A DNA stretch of 63,267 bases from Clostridiales bacterium. Its GTDB lineage: Bacteria; Bacillota; Clostridia; Lachnospirales; CAMVHY01. The stretch covers positions 1 through 63,267 of the forward strand of contig JAISCN010000047.1 in assembly GCA_031265515.1 (NCBI GenBank), read 5' to 3'. Numbering within the stretch: position 1 is the first letter of the stretch; the number at the start of each line of letters is the position of its first letter. Shown one piece after another: positions 30,153-39,224 of the stretch. Position numbers and translations under genes: made by a program. The notes under the pieces were generated by a model, which saw only the letters and a program-made list of their open reading frames with translations, was not told the origin of the DNA and ran no database searches.

Positions 30153-31748
30153 TTATGTTCTCTCGTTTTTTTCTGTAGTTTTAAAAAAAGAATCGATTAT
30201 GTCTTTAATTTCTCTTAAAGAAATACAACCAAAATATAATATCAAAATAAAATATAACAATAACATAATAAGCGCGTTTATTATCAAACTTATCAAATTA
30301 TTATATGATGGAAATATTACTCCATGAGCGATAGGTTTTATTAAAAAAAAAGTTATAAATGACGCTATCAAAGGTTTTATCAATAGATTATTTATTTTTA
30401 ATTTTATTTTTATATTTTTTTTAATTAATTTTAAGTATAAGCTAGTCGTTATTATTAAATTTAAAAATAATCCAAGAAAGAAAGCATTTATCCCAAATTT
30501 TGGTATGAGAAAATAAATCGTTAACAAATTTATAAATGACGATATTAAGTTTATTTTAAATATAAAAAATTGTCTGCCAAAACCATTTAGTATTCCAGAA
30601 AGAACAATATTTAGATATAATAAAGGGCATAAAATTCCTAAGTTTTTTAACATATTTGATATGTTTTGATGATAGATAAAAATTCCTATTTCGTGCGAAA
30701 ATGTTATAAAAAAGCATGCCGAGAACATACTAACTAAACTAGTGTATAACAATGTTTTTGAAATAGTATTATCTATTCTTTTTTGATTTTTTATTGCACG
30801 AGAATGAGAAACATCTGGAACAAGAGAAACAGAAAGAGATAATAAAAAAATAGATGGAAACTGAATTAATGGCATAGCCATACCAGTTAATTTTCCATAT
30901 AAAATTAACGCTGAATTTAGATTAAAATTATTATTTAATATTAATCTTTGCGGGATTAAAATATTTTCGAAAGTTGAGAGTAAAGAAGTAATGATTTTAT
31001 TGGCACCAAGCGGCAGAGAAATTAAAAAAATTTTTTTTATTGATTCTAAAAAACTAAAATCATTTTGTTTTTTTTCTAGTTTATTTTTTTTATAATATTT
31101 TTTTGATTTAAAACAGATATATACATAAATTGTTGAAGCTATTTCGCCGAGCATTATTCCAAATACTGCAACTGCACAGCAATCTTTTATAGATTTAAAT
31201 TTGTTTATCAAAAAAAATATTGTTAGTATATGCGCGATTTGTTCAATAACTTGACTAATAGCTGGAATTAATGCGTTACGTAACCCGAAAAAATATCCTC
31301 TGATACAAGAACCTAAAGACATAAATATAAAACTAATAGATAAAATTTTTAGAGAAAAAAATAATCTATCGTCTTTTAAAATTAAATTAGCGATATTTTT
31401 AGCTTGAAAATAAATAAAAATACTAAGCAGAAAACTTATTATACTTGTAATAATCAGTGATTGCTTTATTATCAAATTTATATTATTTTTATTTTTTTTA
31501 GCATCTTCTTGAGCGATTAATTTTGAAATTGCAGTAGTAAATCCTGCGCAAGATATGCTCCATACCAGCGTATAAATAGGAAGTATTAATTGATATAATC
31601 CAAGACATTCTGCGCCAATTTTATTGGATATATATATTCTATAAAAAAAACCTAGAATTTTTGTAATTAAACTCGATAAAGTTAATATCAAAGCACTCAT
31701 GATTAAATTTTGCTTAATAGAGATCGCCCTAAAGAAAAATTTATTCAC
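30153..31748 (-). CDS. spoVB: Stage V sporulation protein B / MOP-superfamily flippase
   Basis: 531 aa, polytopic. The N-terminus 'LTLSSLITKILGFFYRIYISNKIGAECLGLYQL' is typical of SpoVB/MurJ-like flippases. Confidence 0.75.
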   Translation of the reverse strand: MNKFFFRAISIKQNLIMSALILTLSSLITKILGFFYRIYISNKIGAECLGLYQLILPIYTLVWSISCAGFTTAISKLIAQEDAKKNKNNINLIIKQSLIITSIISFLLSIFIYFQAKNIANLILKDDRLFFSLKILSISFIFMSLGSCIRGYFFGLRNALIPAISQVIEQIAHILTIFFLINKFKSIKDCCAVAVFGIMLGEIASTIYVYICFKSKKYYKKNKLEKKQNDFSFLESIKKIFLISLPLGANKIITSLLSTFENILIPQRLILNNNFNLNSALILYGKLTGMAMPLIQFPSIFLLSLSVSLVPDVSHSRAIKNQKRIDNTISKTLLYTSLVSMFSACFFITFSHEIGIFIYHQNISNMLKNLGILCPLLYLNIVLSGILNGFGRQFFIFKINLISSFINLLTIYFLIPKFGINAFFLGLFLNLIITTSLYLKLIKKNIKIKLKINNLLIKPLIASFITFFLIKPIAHGVIFPSYNNLISLIINALIMLLLYFILILYFGCISLREIKDIIDSFFKTTEKNERT

Positions 31749-31885
31749 AATGTTTTTTTTTATGTTATTGTGTAAGTCAAGAAAATTTTATAAAAATTAG
31801 AATATATAAAACTAAATTTTATGTACACAAAAGTAGCAAAATAATTAATATCTATTTTTTTATTTATTAATTTTTTTGTCACTAT

Positions 31886-32311
31886 TTATTTTTTTGTTGA
31901 TTTATTTGCCTTTATCTTTGGATTATTTTTTAAAATTTTTGTTATATAAGCGCCAGCTAATTCTATTTTAATGTTTTTTTTCGGAATAATTTCTTTATAT
32001 ATTTGACTATCACAGATTAAGTTCATTATTTTGTTGCCAACTTTTGCCTGAACAGTTGGCATTTTAAAAATTTTATAAACGAATGGTATTTTTTTAATAA
32101 TTTCTTTTGGAAAATTAGTTTCTTGGATTTTTAATTTTTTTTTATTTATGATAAAGACGCTGGTTATGATTTTATTTTTTTCTATCGCAATTTCTTGTGC
32201 AGAATATTTTTTTTGAGCCCATTTATTTAAAAAATATAAAAACGCTAAAACAACTCCTATGATAATTACTATCAAAAATAAAACATCGTTATAATTCAAA
32301 TCTTTCACCAT
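31886..32311 (-). CDS. Hypothetical N-terminally anchored membrane protein
   Basis: 141 aa with a single N-terminal TM (LFLIVIIIGVVLAFLYF) and a K-rich tail. I recognise no motif. Confidence 0.5.
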   Translation of the reverse strand: MVKDLNYNDVLFLIVIIIGVVLAFLYFLNKWAQKKYSAQEIAIEKNKIITSVFIINKKKLKIQETNFPKEIIKKIPFVYKIFKMPTVQAKVGNKIMNLICDSQIYKEIIPKKNIKIELAGAYITKILKNNPKIKANKSTKK

Positions 32312-32591
32312 AATTTTTTATAATTTATATGTAATTATTCTATCAAATAATATTATTCGCAATATATTGTTTTGAATAATAAATGATCGAGATTATTTAG
32401 TTAAATAACTATAGACAAGATAGACATCACTTAGTTTTGAGGGGTCTCTAAAAAAATATCTCTTATCAATGTAGAAATTTATAATACAAATTCATGAAAA
32501 TATTTATAGTTTTAATGTAAATAACTAAACTTAACTAAACTAAGATAAACTAAACTAAATCTATTCGAAAAGTGTGTTGTTATTCGAAAAG

Positions 32592-33141
32592 TTAGATGTA
32601 ATTGAAATCTTTATTGATTTTAATACAGGGATTTTTATGCGTAACATTTTTGTAATAGCTTTTCTAGATTTCAAGTTGCAAGAGATACAACTATGAAAAT
32701 TAGAGTTTTATATTCGAATGCCAAAACATTAATTCAACAGCTAAAGAAAGGAAGTAAATATTCTGACTTAAAAGAAGCAATAACAATCGTAATATCAATA
32801 GACCACATAATAATCAAAGAATGCAATGATTATAAATATTGTTTTAATTTTTATGATCCAGAGCATAAAATAAAATTAAGTGATTTAGTAAAAATATATT
32901 TCTTGGAATTTCAAAAAATTCCAAAAGAACTAAAAAAAGATGAAGATCTAATAAATTGGTTAAAATTTGTAGGTTCAACATCCGAGAAGGAAATTAAAAA
33001 AATGGCTACGAAAAGTTCAGAACTAAAAGAAGCTGTTTCTTTGTATGAAGATTAATAGAAAATGATGAGTTTAGAGAAGAAGTTTGGAAACGTGAAGAAG
33101 CTATTACGTTATATGATGCTAAGATAAAAGGTAAAAAATAA
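32592..33141 (+). pseudogene. Rpn-family (PD-(D/E)XK) nuclease / putative transposase, frameshifted and 5'-truncated
   Basis: There are three collinear frame pieces. The first is '...FLDFKLQEIQL' (frame of 32592). The second is the ORF at 32693-33055 with 'RVLYSNAKTLIQQLKKGSKYSDLKEAITIVI...IYFLEFQKIPKEL..LINWLKF'. The third is 'ENDEFREEVWKREEAITLYDAKIKGKK' after the stop. The order matches the family's EIQ / R..Y..l...q..G..Y / ELpKf / REKA blocks. Confidence 0.6.
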
Positions 33142-33175
33142 AGAGAGATTAAAAAATAATTTGTTTTTTTAGCTA

Positions 33176-34639
33176 TTACATAAAATATTTAACTAAAATT
33201 TGATCGGTGAATTTAACGTTATCTACGAAGTAAATTTTTGTAGATGTTTGATTTAGAAGAGATATAAAATCTTTTTTCTTTATTTTTTGATCATAAAAAA
33301 TATTATGTATCTTATAAATTATTTCACAGAATTTGTTTTTGACTCTGATGTCTATCGACGATTTTTCTAAGGATTTAAAAGCGTATCTACATATTTGAGT
33401 TATATTTATTTTATTTTGTGTTATACCGAACTTCGTGAAGTCTTTTTCTAAGATATTTGTTATAGGGTATTTATTCAAAAAATCTTTTTCTTGCACAAAA
33501 TATTTTATATCTTTCTTATCAAATATTTTTTTTAATGAATTTAAATAATTATATCTATTTGATAGATTCACTGTTATATTATTAGGTTTTATTTTATTCT
33601 TTAAAAGTTTTATTATATTATCCGAAGCTCTAATGATTTCGTTATCAAAATCGCCATCTAGATTATAAAGATATATTCCCTTTTTTTCGTTTTCATAAAT
33701 TTTTTTGCTAAAGTCGCAAAAGTTAAAATTTCCAAGATAAAAATCAATTCTTTTTTTGTCATATACTTTTTCTAAAAATTTAATTTTCTCTTTAAATTTT
33801 AATTCTTTTGCTCTAAAAGCTATCTCTTTAATTTTGTCTATATTTAGATATTTTTCGAATAAATCGTTATCTTTTAACTTGCTGTAATTTATATTGCTAT
33901 CTATATTTATCTTTGTTGATAAATAAATTTTATCTACAACTTTTAATAATTTGCATATGGTTTTTATATCTGTATTTTTAAACTCATCAAATTCGTCTAT
34001 AAAAATTAAGCTGTTTTTAAAAATTTTAGATTCTTTTATTTTTTCAGAAAAATAGTCTTCGATGAAATCTAAATAAAATTTATTCTTTTTTATAATTTCG
34101 ATATATTCGTTAAAAATTATGTAAATATCGTAAATCATAAATTTTGTATTTTTTTCTTTTGCTTTGTAAATACTGTTTTTTAAATCTTCTGGGCTCGTTT
34201 TTGTATCTATAAATTTATCGAATAAAAATAAAAGATTATTTGCGAAAGTTCTTTTTAAACAAGATTTACTAAAAATTTTTATTTTGTTTTGTTTTCTAAA
34301 ATCAATCAAAATTTTTTTTAACAACAAAAACTTATCTATATTATCCAAAATATTTTTACTAGAATTGCCAACTTCACTGATTAATATTTCATAGATTCTC
34401 TTAAAAGTTATGACTTGCGTGTTTAATAAAACACCACACGATTCTAATATTAATCTTTCACTAGAAACTGATTTATTTTTTGGTGTTATAAAAAAAATGT
34501 TTTTGTTTTCTCTATCAAAATTATAGAGCTTGTCGTAATAATTAATTTTTTTTATAAAATAACTCGTTTTACTAGTAGATTCAAAACCGATTACATAAAC
34601 AATTTTTGGAATTATATCACAAACTTTAAATATATAAAT
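33176..34639 (-). pseudogene. addB/rexB-like remnant: N-terminal half only, degenerate Walker A, no canonical start
   Basis: The frame is open from 34639 and reads 'IVYVIGFESTSKTSYFIKKI...NIFFITPKNKSVSSERLILES...VITFKRIYEILISEVG...SLIFIDEFDEF...'. This is collinear with AddB 'FLVGRSGSGKT...IIFLVPDQMTF..E..L...VFSFSRLA..VL...IYVDGFYQF'. It ends after ~480 codons (AddB is ~1150 aa). No ATG/GTG/TTG occurs before 34348. Confidence 0.5.
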
Positions 34640-34781
34640 TCAGTTATGTCTCTCTCGCCAGTAACGTGACTACTATATTTGACATATTTTAATCATATAT
34701 TAATAAAATTTATAGTAAAAGATTTTTATTCTATTGATTTTATTTTAAAAAAACTTTTTAAAACCCGGAGGCAATTACACA

Positions 34782-35012
34782 GTGGGTACCAAAATTTTTG
34801 TACTTAAACTTAAAAATATAATTCAAACATTAGCGTATATCTGTGCAGCTTTTATATTGATAATAATTTTAATTTTTTTATTTAAACCTAAAAAAAAGCA
34901 AGTTAATCATGAGAACTGTTTTTTTGAGAAAAATATTTGTTGTAGTTACATGAGTACAGAATATATAAAACCAAGTACATGTTTTAATAAAAGTGTTTCT
35001 ATTCGATTTTAA
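34782..35012 (+). CDS. Small hypothetical membrane protein
   Basis: 76 aa. The GTG start is preceded by GGAGG at ~10 nt. It has one TM (LAYICAAFILIIILIFLF) and a Cys-containing tail. Confidence 0.35.
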   Translation: MGTKIFVLKLKNIIQTLAYICAAFILIIILIFLFKPKKKQVNHENCFFEKNICCSYMSTEYIKPSTCFNKSVSIRF

Positions 35013-35169
35013 TTTTAAAAAATATTTTAATCAAAGCATATGATGTGATATGAGAATAAACATAATTTTTCTAAAAGTTTAGATAATAAACATTGAATAT
35101 AAAATTTTGACTTTAGTAAATTTGTTTTGTTGATGTTTAAAAAAAATAAAACATAAGAAAATATAAAGT

Positions 35170-35511
35170 ATGAAAATAGAATCTTTAGTTTTATATAAAA
35201 AAGCTCAGTCATTATTTGAGAAATATAATCCTTGTGATTTTAAAAACGGTGTTTGCAGATCTAGAAGAGAAAAACCGGTAAATAGTTCTTGCTTAACTTT
35301 TTGTACTAGTTGTTGCAGGTGCGGATTTGAATGCGACAAAAAAAATTTTAAAGATGGAAAATGTTTAATAAAATCCTTAGCTTGTAAATTATACTTTTGC
35401 TATGATTTTGAAGTAAGTGAAGAATTTAGAAATCAATTAGAGAATTTAATTAAAGAAGCGCAAAAAATATACGATGGGAAATTATGGGCTTATTTATTTC
35501 GAGAAGATTAA
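35170..35511 (+). CDS. Cys-rich hypothetical protein, a possible metal-binding CxxCC-type protein
   Basis: 113 aa with 13 Cys, including 'CLTFCTSCCRCGFEC'. This is loosely reminiscent of YkgJ/UPF0153 zinc/iron-chelating domains. No clear SD. Confidence 0.4.
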   Translation: MKIESLVLYKKAQSLFEKYNPCDFKNGVCRSRREKPVNSSCLTFCTSCCRCGFECDKKNFKDGKCLIKSLACKLYFCYDFEVSEEFRNQLENLIKEAQKIYDGKLWAYLFRED

Positions 35512-35785
35512 GTATCTTTCGAGATATTTTTTTTGATGTAGTAATTATTTTATTGTTGATAAAAATTTTTTATTAATGTGACCATTATAGTAATGATTCA
35601 CTTATTTTTTTAATATAAAAATTTTTGTAATATATACATGCCGATGCTTTTTTTATTACTGTTAGAAAATTATCTTAAATATTGTTTTATAAATTTATGT
35701 AATTATTTTTAACACTTTTCTTGAAAAAGTAATTTTTGTAATTTTGAATTAAAATATTTTTTGAAAATGATTGATTAATTTACAA

Positions 35786-35792
35786 TTCGACA
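35786..35792 (-). promoter_or_regulatory. Candidate Spo0A box (TGTCGAA on the minus strand) upstream of spoIIAA
   Basis: TTCGACA is an exact reverse complement of the 0A-box core TGNCGAA. It lies 56 nt upstream of the proposed spoIIAA start and overlaps a TTTACA(35779)-N17-TGTTAT(35802) promoter-like pair. Confidence 0.35.
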
Positions 35793-35838
35793 AACAAACT
35801 ATGTTATCTTCTCGTTGTTTAAAGTTTTTTAATTTGAG

Positions 35839-36240
35839 GTGGTTTTTATTCAAATTAGCATTAGCCAGAAAATTCTGATTGTAAAATTAGAAAATGATTT
35901 GGATCATCACGTTGCAAATGAAATAAAAGATGAGATAGATAGACAAATAATGACATCAAAAACTGAAAGTATTATTTTTGATTTTGAAAAAGTTAAATTT
36001 ATGGATAGCTCAGGAATAGGTTTAATATCTGGAAGAATATCAGTTCTTGACGCACAAAAAGAAAGCAATAATATAATTAAAAACAAAAACATAAGCTCGA
36101 GTAATGACATTGCAATAATAAATTTAGATAAAAGACTGACAACAATGATGAGGATTTCGGGACTAGATAAAATCGTCAATTTTTTTGATGATTTGGAATC
36201 TGCAATGAGTGCTTTAAGAAAAAATAAGCACAGTGATTAA
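35839..36240 (+). CDS. spoIIAA: Anti-sigma F factor antagonist SpoIIAA (STAS domain)
   Basis: It has 'LENDLDHHVANEIKDEI' and the phospho-Ser motif 'FMDSSGIGLISGR'. A ~14-aa K/N/S insertion precedes 'RISGLDKI'. The track's GTG 35839 sits inside GAGGTGG, so the in-frame ATT at 35848 is the better-placed start. Confidence 0.9.
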   Translation: MVFIQISISQKILIVKLENDLDHHVANEIKDEIDRQIMTSKTESIIFDFEKVKFMDSSGIGLISGRISVLDAQKESNNIIKNKNISSSNDIAIINLDKRLTTMMRISGLDKIVNFFDDLESAMSALRKNKHSD

Positions 36241-36269
36241 AAAATCACTATAAGGAGATACATAAAATA

Positions 36270-36761
36270 TTGCAAGAAAGCAAGAAAAATAACGAAAAAA
36301 GTGACATAAAAAAAAATAAAAAAAATAAAAAAATTATAAACTCAGTAGTGATTGCCGTGGATTCAATTTCATCCAATGAATCTTTTGTGAGGGTAGCGAT
36401 ATCTGCGTTTATAGCAAGTTTAAATCCTACCGTTGATGAATTAAATGACGTAAAGACTGCTGTGTCAGAAGCTGTTACTAATGCTATAATTCATGGTTAT
36501 GAAGATAGAGATATTGGAAAAATTTTTATAACTTGTAAAATAAAAAACAACGAAATAACTATAGAAGTTAGAGATTGTGGAACTGGTATAGATGACATAG
36601 CGACAGCAATGACTCCGATGTACACTTCTAAGCCAGATCAGGAAAGATCTGGAATTGGTTTTACGGTTATGGAAACTTTCATGGATAAAGTCGTTGTTAA
36701 ATCACAAAAAAATCTTGGTACGAAAATAATCATGACAAAAAAATTTTTTACTGGGTATTAA
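36270..36761 (+). CDS. spoIIAB: Anti-sigma F factor (serine kinase) SpoIIAB
   Basis: It has 'NESFVRVAISAF' and the GHKL N-box 'EAVTNAIIHGY', with 'DCGTGIDD' and 'SGIGFTVME'. It carries a ~20-aa Lys-rich N-terminal extension if the TTG 36270 start (AAGGAG upstream) is used. Confidence 0.92.
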   Translation: MQESKKNNEKSDIKKNKKNKKIINSVVIAVDSISSNESFVRVAISAFIASLNPTVDELNDVKTAVSEAVTNAIIHGYEDRDIGKIFITCKIKNNEITIEVRDCGTGIDDIATAMTPMYTSKPDQERSGIGFTVMETFMDKVVVKSQKNLGTKIIMTKKFFTGY

Positions 36762-36768
36762 TTTTTTT

Positions 36769-37485
36769 ATGGATAAAACAATAAAATTAATTTGTCGTGC
36801 GCAAAATAACGATAGAAAAGCTCAAGAAGAATTGATTAAACAAAACACCGGATTGATTTGGTGTGTTGTGAAAAAGTTTGCAAATCGCGGACACGATTTA
36901 GAAGATTTATTTCAAATCGGATCTATGGGCTTATTGAAATGTATTAAGAAATTTGATTTTAAAACTTTTGATGTTAAATTTTCGACTTATGCGGTTCCAA
37001 TGATAATTGGCGAAATAAAACGTTTTTTACGAGATGATGGCATGATAAGGATTTCCAGACCCCTTAAAGAATTATCTATAAAAATACGTAAAATACAAGA
37101 AAATTATATCAAACAAAAAAATAAATCTCCTGATTTAAATGAACTAGTAGATATTTTAAAAGTATCGCGAGATGAAATTTTGTTAGCTATGGAATCAAAC
37201 AGAGCAATCGAGTCACTTTATCAAACAATAGAACAAAGAGATGGTCAAAAATTATTCTTAATAGATAAGATAAATCCTGATAATGATGCAAGCTTTAATA
37301 TCTTAGACAAAATTGCTGTAAATGAAATTTTGGAAAAATTAAACGAAGACGAACGAGAGTTGATAATGTTGAGATATTTCATGGACAAAACACAAGCTCA
37401 AGTAGCTAGAAAATTCAGTGTAACACAAGTTCAAATTTCTCGTCTTGAAAAAAGAATATTAAATAAATTAAAAAGATATGCCTAA
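36769..37485 (+). CDS. sigF: RNA polymerase sporulation sigma factor F
   Basis: 238 aa. Region 2 is 'DLFQIGSMGLLKCIKKFD...FSTYAVPMIIGEIKRFLRDD' and region 4 is 'TQAQVARKFSVTQVQISRLEKRIL'. It is the third gene of the spoIIA operon. Confidence 0.95.
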   Translation: MDKTIKLICRAQNNDRKAQEELIKQNTGLIWCVVKKFANRGHDLEDLFQIGSMGLLKCIKKFDFKTFDVKFSTYAVPMIIGEIKRFLRDDGMIRISRPLKELSIKIRKIQENYIKQKNKSPDLNELVDILKVSRDEILLAMESNRAIESLYQTIEQRDGQKLFLIDKINPDNDASFNILDKIAVNEILEKLNEDERELIMLRYFMDKTQAQVARKFSVTQVQISRLEKRILNKLKRYA

Positions 37486-37699
37486 AAAATATGTTTAAAG
37501 AAAATTATAAATAATTATATAATGCCTAAAATTTTTTATTTAATTCAGGATAAAAAATTTTATATGAGATAAAAAAAGTTAAAATTAATGATATTATTAA
37601 ATAGTTTAAATTAACTATACAAGAATTGCGTAAAAAATAAATAAAATTAGGTAAAATGTTTAAACTTACTAAAATTAAAACTAAACTAATTAAAACTAA

Positions 37700-38254
37700 A
37701 TGAATTTTATTTTTTTATTTCTTTTATGTTTCGCATATATCTGGTTTGTCTTAGACAAGCTTATTTGTTGTGAAAAAGAAGTTAATAAATCTTGGAAAAA
37801 AATTTTTGTTCAAATACAGAGACGATTAGATTTTGCTGAAGATATTGTGAATATATTTATTAATTTTAAAGATAAATTTAAAAATAAAATCGTCTTTGAT
37901 GATTTTAATAATATAAAAAGAAGTTTTAATAACTTAGTTAACGATAGAAATCAAATAATGAAGATTAACAAGCAGTTATGTTATATATTAACAACGATAT
38001 TTAGAGAGTCAGAAAATATTTATGAGTTAAAAAACAATATTAGATTAAAAGAATTGAAATATAATATCGTTCGAACTGAAGATAAAATAATATATGAGCA
38101 ACAGTTTTTTAATGCTAATATCAAAAGATTTAATGAAACAAGAAATTTTTTTCCAAATAATTTATATATAAATTTATTTAAATCTTTTAAATTAAAAAAA
38201 TTTTTTAACGCTGATGAATTTGAAAGAAGTTTACCAAAATCAGAAGAAAATTAA
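37700..38254 (+). CDS. lemA: LemA-family protein
   Basis: 184 aa. It has an N-terminal TM followed by 'VNKSWKKIFVQIQRRLDFAEDIV' and 'FFNANIKRFNE', the LemA pattern. Confidence 0.8.
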   Translation: MNFIFLFLLCFAYIWFVLDKLICCEKEVNKSWKKIFVQIQRRLDFAEDIVNIFINFKDKFKNKIVFDDFNNIKRSFNNLVNDRNQIMKINKQLCYILTTIFRESENIYELKNNIRLKELKYNIVRTEDKIIYEQQFFNANIKRFNETRNFFPNNLYINLFKSFKLKKFFNADEFERSLPKSEEN

Positions 38255-38285
38255 ATTTTATTAATTTAACAGGTTTTTTATGATT

Positions 38286-38951
38286 TTAGCTGAATATTTT
38301 TTTTCTAAATAAACACAGAATAATGAGATGCAAGGGATAAAATAAATAAGAAATATATTTAAAAGAATGTCCGAGTTTATTATTGTATTTTGATATTATA
38401 ATTAACGATATAAGCGAAAATAATAAAAACAAAAAAGATTCAATTGATGTAAGTGGATATATGAATAATAAAATTATTGTTGGCAGAAAAAAATAATTAT
38501 TTCTTATCGATAAATTTTCTAAAAAATTTTTTTTAAATGATAATGATAATAACAAGCCTAGACATCCGTATTCAAACTTTAAAATTTCTGAGATTATCAA
38601 TAAAATAGTCATTAATAAAAAATAAAAACTTTTTTCTCTAGTATTAGATTTTGTAACTAATTTATCATAAAACTCGAATATAATTAAAGAAAATAATAGA
38701 GTAAAAAATATATTATTATTATATACATTTATATCGTAAAGTAGCCTAAATAATTGATATGGAATATGCGATACAAGAGCAAAAATAAAAATTCTTTTTA
38801 TATATCTTTTTTTATTTTTTGTATGTTGGTGTCCTTGTGTTAATAAAAAAGCAAATAACGGAAAAGAAATACGTCCTATTAATCTAAAAACAATTTGTAA
38901 ATATTTATGATCAAAAAAATCTAGGACTATTCCAACGTGATCTATTAGCAT
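38286..38951 (-). CDS. TraX-family membrane protein with a disrupted 5' end (see finding)
   Basis: The 221-aa ORF starts at 'MLIDHVG'. The conserved TraX N-terminus 'SSSQLKIIAIITMLIDH' is open in frame upstream but has no start. ATG 39000 is one base out of frame across an A6 run. Confidence 0.75.
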   Translation of the reverse strand: MLIDHVGIVLDFFDHKYLQIVFRLIGRISFPLFAFLLTQGHQHTKNKKRYIKRIFIFALVSHIPYQLFRLLYDINVYNNNIFFTLLFSLIIFEFYDKLVTKSNTREKSFYFLLMTILLIISEILKFEYGCLGLLLSLSFKKNFLENLSIRNNYFFLPTIILLFIYPLTSIESFLFLLFSLISLIIISKYNNKLGHSFKYISYLFYPLHLIILCLFRKKIFS

Positions 38952-39224
38952 AGTTATTATGGCAATTATTTTTAATTGAGAAGAACTTATATTTTTTCAT
39001 TTCCTTCAAAAAATATTTTTAAAATTTTATACAAGTTATATTTTTTAAAAAATGCGACATAACTTTTATTTTAATTAAATTTTTAATTTTTTTAGACTGT
39101 AAAATATTAATTTTTTATTTTTAAAAGTTTGTAATTATTTTATATATTTTTTTATGTTTATAAAAATTGTGCTAAACAATTATCTCGTGAATTTAATAAT
39201 AATATTTTTAGGAGGTAAATTTTT

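Noticed and set aside
32515-32560. An AACTAAAC-type low-complexity tract (…ataactaaacttaactaaactaagataaactaaactaaat…) that shares the 12-mer AAACTAAACTAA with 37660-37700 upstream of lemA.
   Set aside because: It is short, has AT-rich low complexity, and shows no consistent unit length or flanking structure. A chance match is plausible at this composition.
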